Source: Coriobacteriia bacterium (GTDB taxonomy: Bacteria > Actinomycetota > Coriobacteriia > Anaerosomatales > JAAXUF01). Taken from it: 64,000 nucleotides of DNA. Every line of letters starts with the position of its first letter. Position 1 is the stretch's first letter. The translations under genes were made by a program, and so were the position numbers. Shown here piece by piece: positions 9,135 to 17,302 of this stretch. Below the pieces are notes generated by a model. That model had not been told where the DNA came from, did not search any database, and worked only from the letters and a program-made list of their open reading frames with translations. Location: positions 107,599-171,598 of the forward strand of contig JBBRSD010000004.1 in NCBI GenBank assembly GCA_038245725.1, written 5' to 3'.

Positions 9135-9569
9135 CTATCGGCCCACCGAGAACAGGGAGCCGAGATACCCTGGTTCACTCTGTTCGCCCGCGAGCGCACG
9201 CTCCAGAGCCGAGGCGATCGGCGGGCGCAAATCGAGTCCCGCCAGCGTTTCGCGGGGCATAAGATCGACTGCTTCAACGCGCAGATCCTCGGGTTTGTCC
9301 GTAACGGTGCCGCCGGTAACATGAGCGGCAAACGTCATGTTCACGAGGTGCCGGGTTCCCTCCGGATCGATAGTGTCGTTGACGAAAAGCAGGCGGTCGA
9401 CTGCAACGTCCAGTCCCGTCTCTTCGCGCACCTCTCGCACGACCGCGTCTTCCAGAGTCTCTCTGTAGTGGACGCCTCCGCCTGGCAGCAGGTGATACGT
9501 GGATGAACCGGCTCTGTGTCGGACGAGGACGACCCGACCAGCGACTTGGACAAGGGCCGATACGCGCAC
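9135..9569 (-). CDS. NUDIX hydrolase
   Basis: ORF 9135-9647. Nudix box GGGVHYRETLEDAVVREVREETGL. Start provisionally moved to GTG 9569, just after the dut stop (TAAAGGGCCTCGCGTG), to avoid a 68-nt overlap. The start is uncertain. Confidence 0.75.
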   Translation of the reverse strand: MRVSALVQVAGRVVLVRHRAGSSTYHLLPGGGVHYRETLEDAVVREVREETGLDVAVDRLLFVNDTIDPEGTRHLVNMTFAAHVTGGTVTDKPEDLRVEAVDLMPRETLAGLDLRPPIASALERALAGEQSEPGYLGSLFSVGR

Positions 9570-9579
9570 GCGAGGCCCT

Positions 9580-10011
9580 TTAGACGCCGCTGCTGCCAAA
9601 GCCGCCCTCCCCTCGAACAGTTGGGTCAAGCTCGGCGACTTCCACAATCTCGACGCGTTCCACTCGTTGGATCACCATCTGGGCGATCTTGTCGCCACGC
9701 GCGATCGAGACCGTCTCAAAAGGATCAAGGTTCACGGCGATCACTTTGATCTCGCCTCGATAGTGGCTGTCTATGAGTCCGGGTGTGTTGACAAATGACA
9801 AACCCGACCGCAGAGCCAGGCCGCTACGTGGCTGAACGAAGCCCGCGTAGCCGTCCGGAATGCCCACGGCGACTCCAGTGGGAATCAGCACCCGGAGACC
9901 GGGAGGAATGTCTACGTCAGAAGCAGAGTACAAGTCGAGTCCTGCATCACCGGCGTGCGCATAACGTGGGAGCGGAAGATCCGGGTCGAGGCGCTTCAGC
10001 GTCAGTCGCAC
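9580..10011 (-). CDS. dut: dUTP diphosphatase
   Basis: ORF track. [21 protein letters not shown] and [10 protein letters not shown] motifs. Confidence 0.9.
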   Translation of the reverse strand: MRLTLKRLDPDLPLPRYAHAGDAGLDLYSASDVDIPPGLRVLIPTGVAVGIPDGYAGFVQPRSGLALRSGLSFVNTPGLIDSHYRGEIKVIAVNLDPFETVSIARGDKIAQMVIQRVERVEIVEVAELDPTVRGEGGFGSSGV

Positions 10012-10047
10012 AGCTCAGCACCATCCACTCGAGGCATCGGCAATGAC

Positions 10048-10503
10048 TCAGCCACGGCGACCCAGCGCCTTGAGCTCTGAAGTGAACTCATCGAGATCCT
10101 GAAACTCCTTGTAGACCGAGGCGAAACGCACGTACGCGACTTTGTCGAGGTCCCGAAGGCGCATCAGCACCATGTCACCGACCTGGCTGCTGCCAACCTC
10201 GTTGCGGAACGAGTTGTGCAGGTCCGCTTCGATGTCTGTAATGAGCTGCTCAAGCTGCTCGACACTCACGCCGCGCTTCGCGGTAGCCACCATGAGACCA
10301 CGCATGAGCTTCCCGCGGTCAAACGGCTCCGCTGTGCCATCCTTCTTGACCACCATTAAGGGAGTGTCTTCTCGGCGCTCATAGGTCGTGAACCGCTCAG
10401 AGCAGCTCAGGCACTCTCGGCGCCGCCGAATCGCGTCCTGCGACTCCGAGGTACGCGAATCCACGACCTTGGTCTCATCATGGCCGCAGAATGGACATCG
10501 CAT
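10048..10503 (-). CDS. nrdR: Transcriptional repressor NrdR
   Basis: MRCPFCGHDETKVVDSRTSESQDAIRRRRECLSCSERFTTYER (zinc ribbon) plus an ATP-cone. Confidence 0.95.
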   Translation of the reverse strand: MRCPFCGHDETKVVDSRTSESQDAIRRRRECLSCSERFTTYERREDTPLMVVKKDGTAEPFDRGKLMRGLMVATAKRGVSVEQLEQLITDIEADLHNSFRNEVGSSQVGDMVLMRLRDLDKVAYVRFASVYKEFQDLDEFTSELKALGRRG

Positions 10504-10661
10504 CTGGCTCTCCCGCCCCTACATCTAGACTGCCTTGAACGGTAGCACACCAGATATTGGGTCACAACGGGAAATGCATCAAATGATCGACAGAATGTCC
10601 ATCCAGGACAGGACATGCCAACGCAACGAACTCGACTCGCAGCCGTAGGCAAGCCGTCCTC

Positions 10662-11048
10662 CTAGCGGCAAGCAACCTCGGAATCACGGATTGGGGTCCC
10701 CGGCACGCTCAGCGTGTTCCCAATATGGAGCAGTCCTCCCGACAGGTGGTTGCTGCGGGCGATCAAGTCTGTGGTTTGCGCCGTCGAAAGACCTGCGATA
10801 GGATGCTGCCTCGCAATGGACCAGAGAGTGTCGCCGTTCTGCACCTGAACGACGAGCGATGCTGTGGCTCCGGCGACATGCGGCTTCGCACTGAGAGCGC
10901 CGACTATCAGCAGCATTGCTAACACGACCAGCGTCGTCGCTTCGGCCACACTCACGCGCTGCGATCGCACCTTCGCGCGAGGACGCCGGGGCTTCTCGCT
11001 CCTACGAACGCGAGCGCCTGTTGAAAAGGCTGCGGCTGAGTTGCTCAT
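10662..11048 (-). CDS. LysM domain membrane protein, divergent from lexA (Rv2719c-like position)
   Basis: ORF track. One TM helix, then LysM VQNGDTLWSIARQHPIAGLSTAQTTDLIARSNHLSGGLLHIGNTLSVP. RBS GGGGAGAA. Confidence 0.8.
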   Translation of the reverse strand: MSNSAAAFSTGARVRRSEKPRRPRAKVRSQRVSVAEATTLVVLAMLLIVGALSAKPHVAGATASLVVQVQNGDTLWSIARQHPIAGLSTAQTTDLIARSNHLSGGLLHIGNTLSVPGTPIRDSEVACR

Positions 11049-11123
11049 CTCGTTCTCCCCTGCTGTCTGTGTTCAAGTCAACGCCACCTTACCGAGGAGG
11101 TCTGACATGAACCCGACTCAACG

Positions 11124-11137
11124 CGAACATGTGTTCG
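11124..11137. promoter_or_regulatory. SOS (LexA) box 1, CGAACATGTGTTCG
   Basis: Perfect 14-bp palindrome matching the Gram-positive/actinobacterial GAAC-N4-GTTC consensus. It lies in the LysM/lexA divergent region. Confidence 0.8.
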
Positions 11138-11150
11138 CCTGCAGTTTATA

Positions 11151-11164
11151 CGAACATGTGTTCG
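11151..11164. promoter_or_regulatory. SOS (LexA) box 2, CGAACATGTGTTCG
   Basis: Identical perfect palindrome 27 bp downstream of box 1. Confidence 0.8.
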
Positions 11165-11181
11165 GTGCGCAAGGGCGACTC

Positions 11182-11195
11182 CGAACGCATGTTTG
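11182..11195. promoter_or_regulatory. SOS-like box 3, CGAACGCATGTTTG (imperfect)
   Basis: GAAC-N4-GTTT, one mismatch in the right arm. Confidence 0.45.
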
Positions 11196-11226
11196 CGTGG
11201 CCGAACGGTTCGGGCTACACTCGCGT

Positions 11227-11240
11227 CGTACACGTGTTCG
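11227..11240. promoter_or_regulatory. SOS-like box 4, CGTACACGTGTTCG (imperfect)
   Basis: GTAC-N4-GTTC, one mismatch in the left arm. It ends 20 nt upstream of the lexA ATG. Confidence 0.5.
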
Positions 11241-11259
11241 AGTATCGAGGGAGTCGGCG

Positions 11260-11883
11260 ATGACCTACCAGCGCGAGCTCACCAAGCGGCAGCAGGAGAT
11301 TCTCGACTACATCCGTGGTGAGTTGCACCGGTGCGGCTACCCGCCCAGCGTCCGTGAAATCGGCGGGGCGGTGGGCCTGTCCTCATCGTCGACCGTGCAC
11401 TCACATCTCGCTGCACTGGAGGCAAAGGGCTTCATCCGACGAGACCCGAGCAAGCCACGGGCGCTTGAGGTTCTGGACTTCCGAGAGACTGATCGAGGCA
11501 TCGACTACGGCCAGGTGAGTATGGTTCCGATCGTCGGCCAGGTGGCGGCCGGCTCCCCTATTCTGGCCGCCGAGAACATCGAAGCCACGATGCCGCTTCC
11601 TCTGGAGATGGCCGGCGACAACACGTTCATACTCAAGGTGCGCGGCGAGTCGATGATCGGCGCCGGCATCATGGACGGCGATTTCGTCGTCGTCCGCCAG
11701 CAGCAAACCGCAGAGAACGGTCAGATCGTCGTGGCCATGATCGATGACTCGGCGACGGTCAAGACGTTCTTCCGGGAGGCCGATCGCGTCAGGCTGCAGC
11801 CGGAGAATCCCACGATGGAGCCTATTTACGCGCGTGATGTGGCCATTCTCGGCAAGGTGATCGCGCTCTTTCGGAAGCTCTGA
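11260..11883 (+). CDS. lexA: LexA repressor
   Basis: ORF 10864-11883. True start ATG 11260 after GAGGGAG. MTYQRELTKRQQEILDYIRGELHRCGYPPSVREIG (wHTH). Cleavage-site region VAAGSP. S24 peptidase GESMIGAGI ... VVAMIDDSATVK. Confidence 0.95.
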   Translation: MTYQRELTKRQQEILDYIRGELHRCGYPPSVREIGGAVGLSSSSTVHSHLAALEAKGFIRRDPSKPRALEVLDFRETDRGIDYGQVSMVPIVGQVAAGSPILAAENIEATMPLPLEMAGDNTFILKVRGESMIGAGIMDGDFVVVRQQQTAENGQIVVAMIDDSATVKTFFREADRVRLQPENPTMEPIYARDVAILGKVIALFRKL

Positions 11884-11916
11884 CGAGGCGAGTCGCGTGC
11901 GGTCCGTCGAAGCGCG

Positions 11917-13254
11917 CTACAGTGTGGCTGACTCCGTCGGGCCAACATCCTCGCGTAGCCGGAATGGCTCGAAGACGCCTTCACTCTCCTGCGTGACGCG
12001 CAGTGCCAGCTGGGTTCCCTCGTCTGTGTGCCGCTCTGAGAGAATCTGCGCCCGCTCGTGGGCGAATGCCACGAGATCGCCTCGGGTGTAGGGGATCAGC
12101 ACCGTCAGCGTGACGCTCCCCCGAGCCGCCTCATCGGCGATCCGAGCTGTCAGGACATCGAGTCCTTCGCCCGCGAGGCCGGAGACGAACGCGGCCGCAG
12201 GATAGCGGCGCTCGAGCGACAGGCGCGCGTCGGGATCCAGCGTGTCGGTCTTGTTGAATACCACGACGTGGCAACCGTTGCTCGCTCCAATCTCCTGCAG
12301 CACCTCGCAAACCGCCTGCATCTGCTGCTCAAGCTGGGGAGAACCCGCATCGGTCACATGGAGCTGAAGGTCGGCCTCGTTGACCTCGTCGAGCGTCGAC
12401 TTGAACGCCTCGACCAGCCCGTGCGGCAACTTGTTGATGAACCCGACAGTATCTGTAAGCGTGATCTCGCGACCCTCGGGCAACGTCATGCGCCGCGTCG
12501 TCGAATCAAGAGTCGCGAAGAGCATGTCAGCCTGCAGGACGCCGGCACCCGTAAGCGCGTTCAAGAGTGTCGACTTCCCCGCGTTCGTGTAGCCCACCAG
12601 GGCGACACGGAAGACGCCGCTGCGAGCTCTCGACTTGCGCTGCAGATCGCGTTCGGCAGCGACAGCACGCAGCTCGCGCTTGAGGTCCGCGATGCGTTTG
12701 CGAGCGAGGCGGCGGTCGGTTTCGAGCTGGGACTCGCCTGCGCCGAACCGCGCGCCTCGACCTCCGCCAAGGCGCTCCTTTTCAAGGTGTCCCCACATCC
12801 CGCGGAGTCTGGGGAGCACGTATTCCTGCTGCGCGAGGTCGACTTGCAGCTTGCCTTCCCGCGTGACGGCGTGCATCGCGAATATTTCGAGGATAAGCGC
12901 GGTACGGTCGATGACGCGGGTATCGGGCAGGAGCGTCTCGATGTTGAGCTGCTGCCGAGGCGACAGTTCGTCGTCGAAGATCACGAGATTCGCCGACACG
13001 TCCTTGGCGAGCTGCGCGATCTCCTCGGCTTTGCCCGACCCGACGAAGGTGCGCGGATTCGGCCGATCCATCTTCTGCGTGGTCCTGGCAACGACCTTGA
13101 CCTCAGCCGTGTCGGCAAGCCGCTCCAGCTCTGCGAGCGACTCCTCGATCGGCCATGACGAGTCACCGCGGTCAACACCAACAAGGACCGCGCGCTCCTT
13201 GGTGGCCGCGAGGTCCTTGCCAGTATGTGGTTCGATGCGTCTCTGAGGGGTCAC
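11917..13254 (-). CDS. hflX: GTPase HflX
   Basis: ORF 11917-13446. Start moved to in-frame GTG 13254, downstream of the aminotransferase stop (13277). G1 VALVGYTNAGKSTLLNALTG, DTVGF, NKTD. Confidence 0.9.
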   Translation of the reverse strand: MTPQRRIEPHTGKDLAATKERAVLVGVDRGDSSWPIEESLAELERLADTAEVKVVARTTQKMDRPNPRTFVGSGKAEEIAQLAKDVSANLVIFDDELSPRQQLNIETLLPDTRVIDRTALILEIFAMHAVTREGKLQVDLAQQEYVLPRLRGMWGHLEKERLGGGRGARFGAGESQLETDRRLARKRIADLKRELRAVAAERDLQRKSRARSGVFRVALVGYTNAGKSTLLNALTGAGVLQADMLFATLDSTTRRMTLPEGREITLTDTVGFINKLPHGLVEAFKSTLDEVNEADLQLHVTDAGSPQLEQQMQAVCEVLQEIGASNGCHVVVFNKTDTLDPDARLSLERRYPAAAFVSGLAGEGLDVLTARIADEAARGSVTLTVLIPYTRGDLVAFAHERAQILSERHTDEGTQLALRVTQESEGVFEPFRLREDVGPTESATL

Positions 13255-13276
13255 GCTGTGCTGTATTCCCTCTTCT

Positions 13277-14434
13277 CTACAAGTCGTTCTTGATGCGCTC
13301 AAGCGCTTCGACGAGGCGATCGTCCGGCGTCGCGAGCGAAATCCGGATGTAACCCTCGCCATCGGGACCGTAGGCGTTGCCGGGCGCGACGATGACGCCG
13401 ATCTTGTCGAGCAGCTCGCCTGCGTACTGCGCGGAAGAGTAGCCATCCGGGATCTTCGCCCATACGTAGATGGTGCCCTTCGGCTGGCGCGCCGACAGGC
13501 CGATCGAACCGAGCGCGTCCATCACGAGGTCGCGACGGCGCTGATAGAGCGCGCTCATCTCGGCAACGTCATCCTGCGGTCCGAGCATGGCCTCGATCGC
13601 GGCATCCTGCACGGCGGTGAACGCGCCTGAGTCGATGTTGGATTTCACGGTTCCGAGCGCCCTGATCGCCTGAGCATTGCCCGCGGCGAACGCGATACGC
13701 CAGCCGGTCATGTTGTACGCCTTCGAGCAGCTGAACAGCTCGATTGCAACGTCCTTCGCGCCGGGGCGCTCGAGCAGCGCTGACGGCTGGTAGCCGTCAA
13801 AACCGATCTCTGAGTACGCGTTGTCGTGCACGAGCAGCAGGTCGTGCTCTTTGCAAAACGCGATGGCCTTATCGAAGTACTCGACCGGCGCGATCGCCGA
13901 GGAGGGGTTGTTCGGGTAGCTCAGGAACATCATCTTCGCCTTGGCGAGAACGTCGGCGGGCGTGGACTCGAAGTCCGCGAGCCAGTCGGTACTCTCGTTC
14001 ATCGGCATCCAGTGCGTCTTGCCGCCCACGAGGATCCCCCCGGTGTGATAGACAGGGTAGCCGACGCCGGGCACCAGCGTGTACTCGTCGACGTCGACGA
14101 ACGCCGGGAACAGGTGCGCGATGCCTTCTTTACTGCCGATAAGCGCAAGGACCTCGGTCGCAGGATCCAGGTCGACGTCGAAGCGACGCTTCATCCACGT
14201 CGCGCATGCCTCGCGATACGGCTTCGAACCCGAGTAGCTCGGGTACTGGTGGTTCTTCGGGTTCTCGATGGCCTGTGCCATCGCGTCCACGACGCGTTGT
14301 GGGGTTGGCCGATCCGGATCGCCGATGCCGAGCGAGATGACGTCGACGCCCTCGGCCTGCTTCGCCTCCTTCTTGCGGTCGATCTCCGCGAACAGGTATG
14401 GCGGCAGGTTCTCGATTCGTTTGGCGGTTCTCAC
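13277..14434 (-). CDS. dapL: Class I/II aminotransferase, probable LL-diaminopimelate aminotransferase (DapL type)
   Basis: ORF track. N-terminal ENLPPYLFAEIDRKKEAKQAEGVDVISLGIGDPD and PLP-lysine motif SCSKAYNMTGWRIAF resemble DapL as I recall it. dapF lies nearby and dapA/dapB are in the window. Confidence 0.6.
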   Translation of the reverse strand: MRTAKRIENLPPYLFAEIDRKKEAKQAEGVDVISLGIGDPDRPTPQRVVDAMAQAIENPKNHQYPSYSGSKPYREACATWMKRRFDVDLDPATEVLALIGSKEGIAHLFPAFVDVDEYTLVPGVGYPVYHTGGILVGGKTHWMPMNESTDWLADFESTPADVLAKAKMMFLSYPNNPSSAIAPVEYFDKAIAFCKEHDLLLVHDNAYSEIGFDGYQPSALLERPGAKDVAIELFSCSKAYNMTGWRIAFAAGNAQAIRALGTVKSNIDSGAFTAVQDAAIEAMLGPQDDVAEMSALYQRRRDLVMDALGSIGLSARQPKGTIYVWAKIPDGYSSAQYAGELLDKIGVIVAPGNAYGPDGEGYIRISLATPDDRLVEALERIKNDL

Positions 14435-14540
14435 CGGCTAATCTCCCCTTACATCTGGTTGATTGACGAAAACGGCGACTGTGGCAGCACCGTGGCAGCC
14501 ATGGTAGCACTACGCGCCGAGTGCGCGGGTTGCAGGAGTG

Positions 14541-15395
14541 TTACGCGTATGGCAGCGCACGATATGCGCCCACAGCGACGTCGACGGTCACGTCCACCGG
14601 ATCGGAAAGCGACTCCGCGCGACGAGCCAACTCGTCTGCCGGGACATGCGCCGCGATCGGACCCATCAACGCTGCGGCAAGCGCCTGCGATCGTGTCAAC
14701 GCGAGCCGGTACGTCAGGTGTTCCTCGGAGAGTTGTTCGAAATGTGGTGAAAGCTTCACCGAGAGCCGCTCCGCCTTGAGCGGGTCCACCATCAGGAGCC
14801 CTAGCGGCTCAGTGAGCTCGGCGAGATGGTTCTCGGCCGGGGTTACGACGATGAGCACGCCCCCCGGCGCGAGAACACGAGCGAACTCCTCGGCGTTTCG
14901 TGGCGAGAAGATGCACAGCACGACTGCGGTGGAGCCATCGCGCAGGGGCAGGTGCTTCCAGACGTCCGTGACCACCGAGCCGATGCGCTCATGAGCACGC
15001 GCCGCGACGCGCGCTGCGTGCTTGGAGATGTCGAGGGCGACACCGAAGCGAGTCGGATTCGCCTCGAGCGCGGCGGCGAGGTAGGCGCCGGTTCCGGCGC
15101 CGGCATCGGCGATGACACCGGCGGCGGCGCCGCTGAGAGCATGTGTCGTCGTCTCCGCGACCAGTGCGGCGATGGGTGCGTATGCGCCCGTGTCGAGGAA
15201 CTCATGGCGCGCACGTACCATCGCGGACGTGTCGGCCGTTGAGGCCTTCGCGCGGCCTGGGAGCAGGTTCACGTAGCCTTCGCGTGCGACATCGAACGCG
15301 TGGCCCGTTTCGCAGCGAACGACTCGATCGTGAAGCGCAATGGGAGCGCCGCACACCGGGCACGCCAAGCTGTCTAGTACGTCTGAGAGTGCCAC
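14541..15395 (-). CDS. SAM-dependent methyltransferase, RlmA/RrmA-like (23S rRNA m1G)
   Basis: N-terminal zinc-finger-like LACPVCGAPIALHDRVVRCETGHAFDVAREGYVNLLPG plus SAM motif DAGAGTGAY. Confidence 0.7.
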   Translation of the reverse strand: MALSDVLDSLACPVCGAPIALHDRVVRCETGHAFDVAREGYVNLLPGRAKASTADTSAMVRARHEFLDTGAYAPIAALVAETTTHALSGAAAGVIADAGAGTGAYLAAALEANPTRFGVALDISKHAARVAARAHERIGSVVTDVWKHLPLRDGSTAVVLCIFSPRNAEEFARVLAPGGVLIVVTPAENHLAELTEPLGLLMVDPLKAERLSVKLSPHFEQLSEEHLTYRLALTRSQALAAALMGPIAAHVPADELARRAESLSDPVDVTVDVAVGAYRALPYA

Positions 15396-15413
15396 AGTGC
15401 GGATGCTTCCTGT

Positions 15414-16301
15414 CTAGTCGTCGAGATCGTCGTCATCCTCGATGACGAGCGTGCCCGAGAAGACCTCCTCGGCTGGTCCTGTCATGTATACGTGATCATC
15501 TTCAGCCCATCGGATCTCAAGCTCGCCGCCGGGCAGCTCGATAGTAACCTCGCGGCCGGTCCTGAGGGTGAGAGCGCCGACAACGGCAGTCGCGCATGCG
15601 CCCGTTCCGCAGGCGAGCGTCTCGCCTACGCCCCGCTCCCACACCCGCAGGCGGATGACCCCGTCGCTCATCACTTGCGCGAACTCCACATTGGTCTTGT
15701 TCGGGAACGCCGGATGCGTCTCGATGACGGGGCCGATCTCGTGGACCGGTGCCGCTTCGGTATCGTCGACCCATAAGATGCAGTGCGGATTCCCCATCGA
15801 GACGCAACCTACCTCGAACTGGCCGAACTCCGTCTCCAACGTGCAGCTCACGACCGGATCGACCGGAGACTCGCAACCCAACGTGGTTGGGATGTCTCGC
15901 GGGAGGAGCTTAGGCGACCCCATATCCACGGTCGCGAGATAGAGCGTGCCGTCGTAGGCGCGCGTGATTTCGATGGGACGAACTCCACCGAGCGTTTCTA
16001 CACGCAGTTCATCTCGATCGGCAGACAACAGGCCGTGATCGACGACGTACTTCGCGAAACAACGCACACCGTTGCCGCACATCTCGGCGGTGGTCCCGTC
16101 GGCGTTGTAGTACAGCATGAAGAAGTCCGCGTCGGCGGTGGTGGCAGGACGCACGAGGATGAGCCCGTCGCCGCCGATCCCGAAGTTACGGTCGCAGAAC
16201 CACTGCACGGCCTCCGGGGCGAGATCGAGTTCCTCGGTGAGATCGTCCATGACGATGAAATCGTTACCGAGACCGTGCATCTTCACGAACGGAAGTTCCA
16301 T
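15414..16301 (-). CDS. dapF: Diaminopimelate epimerase
   Basis: ORF 15414-16346. Start set to ATG 16301 (MELPFVKMHGLGNDFIVMDD) after AAGGGGG. Both catalytic Cys motifs are present (EMCGNGVRC, LACGTGACA). Confidence 0.9.
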   Translation of the reverse strand: MELPFVKMHGLGNDFIVMDDLTEELDLAPEAVQWFCDRNFGIGGDGLILVRPATTADADFFMLYYNADGTTAEMCGNGVRCFAKYVVDHGLLSADRDELRVETLGGVRPIEITRAYDGTLYLATVDMGSPKLLPRDIPTTLGCESPVDPVVSCTLETEFGQFEVGCVSMGNPHCILWVDDTEAAPVHEIGPVIETHPAFPNKTNVEFAQVMSDGVIRLRVWERGVGETLACGTGACATAVVGALTLRTGREVTIELPGGELEIRWAEDDHVYMTGPAEEVFSGTLVIEDDDDLDD

Positions 16302-16348
16302 GCGTCGTGCCCCCTTGAGGCCGTCGTTGCCAGGTCGCCGCGGCAACC

Positions 16349-17299
16349 TTAAGGTGCCGACCAGTCTAGCGCATCGAGCGCGGCGTCGGCCGTACGATCG
16401 GTCGATACCCCGGAGACATCGAACCAGACGATGCGCGGGTCGCTGCGAAACCAGGTGAGTTGCCGTTTCGCGTATCGGCGCGACGCCTGTTTGATCGCCG
16501 CCAGAGCCTCGTCGAGATCCGCCCCCTGCTCGATGACGGGCACGAGTTCCTTATAACCGATTGCCTGCGCCGCCGTCAGCGCATCTCGAAGCCCTGCTCC
16601 GAGCAACCGCTCCACTTCGCCGAGAAGCCCTCCTGCGATCATGGCGTCCACGCGGGCATCGATGCGCTCGTAGAGTTGCTCGCGTCCCATGGTCAGCCCG
16701 ATGAACCGTGCGTTGTAGAGACTCTGTCTGCGCGCAAAACCCTGCCGTTGCTCGGCATAGGAGACGCCGTCGTCGGCCATCTCAAGCGCGCGGATCACGC
16801 GGCGGATGTTGTTGATGTGGATAACCGCCGCCGATTCGGGATCTCGGTGCGCGAGTACGGCGTGCAACGCCGGACCGCCGTGTTCCTCGGCGAAGAGTTC
16901 GTAGGCCATGCGTGCGGGGTTCGCAACCTGCTCGCCCGGTGGGAACTCCAGCCGGTCGAGTGCCGCCCGCACGTACAGGCCGGTGCCGCCCGCGACCACG
17001 GGAAGCTTCGATCGGCTGGCGATGTCGTCAATGGCGGCGCGAGCCACGCGCTGGAACAGCGCCGCCGAGAAGGCCTCGCCGGGGTCGACGAGATCAAGAC
17101 AGTGGTATGGCACGCGCCGCTCGGCCACAGGCGGTTTCGCCGTCCCGGTGTCCATGCCGCGGTAGATCTGCATCGAGTCCGATGAGACGATCTCGCCTGA
17201 CAGCCGTACAGCGATCTCCTCGGCAAGGGCGGTCTTGCCTACGGCCGTCGGACCGACGACTGCGAGGACGCGCATAGAGGCGGTGTCACTAGTTGTCAT
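16349..17299 (-). CDS. miaA: tRNA dimethylallyltransferase
   Basis: P-loop GPTAVGKT, SSDSMQIYRGMDTGTAKP. An alternative start at ATG 17275 is possible. Confidence 0.9.
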   Translation of the reverse strand: MTTSDTASMRVLAVVGPTAVGKTALAEEIAVRLSGEIVSSDSMQIYRGMDTGTAKPPVAERRVPYHCLDLVDPGEAFSAALFQRVARAAIDDIASRSKLPVVAGGTGLYVRAALDRLEFPPGEQVANPARMAYELFAEEHGGPALHAVLAHRDPESAAVIHINNIRRVIRALEMADDGVSYAEQRQGFARRQSLYNARFIGLTMGREQLYERIDARVDAMIAGGLLGEVERLLGAGLRDALTAAQAIGYKELVPVIEQGADLDEALAAIKQASRRYAKRQLTWFRSDPRIVWFDVSGVSTDRTADAALDALDWSAP

Positions 17300-17302
17300 A
17301 GG

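Noticed and set aside
10504-10661. NrdR box or other operator upstream of nrdR (CACACCAGATATTGGGTCAC; ATGTCC-N10-GGACAT).
   Set aside because: Only about half of the palindrome positions match. It is not convincing without a PWM scan.
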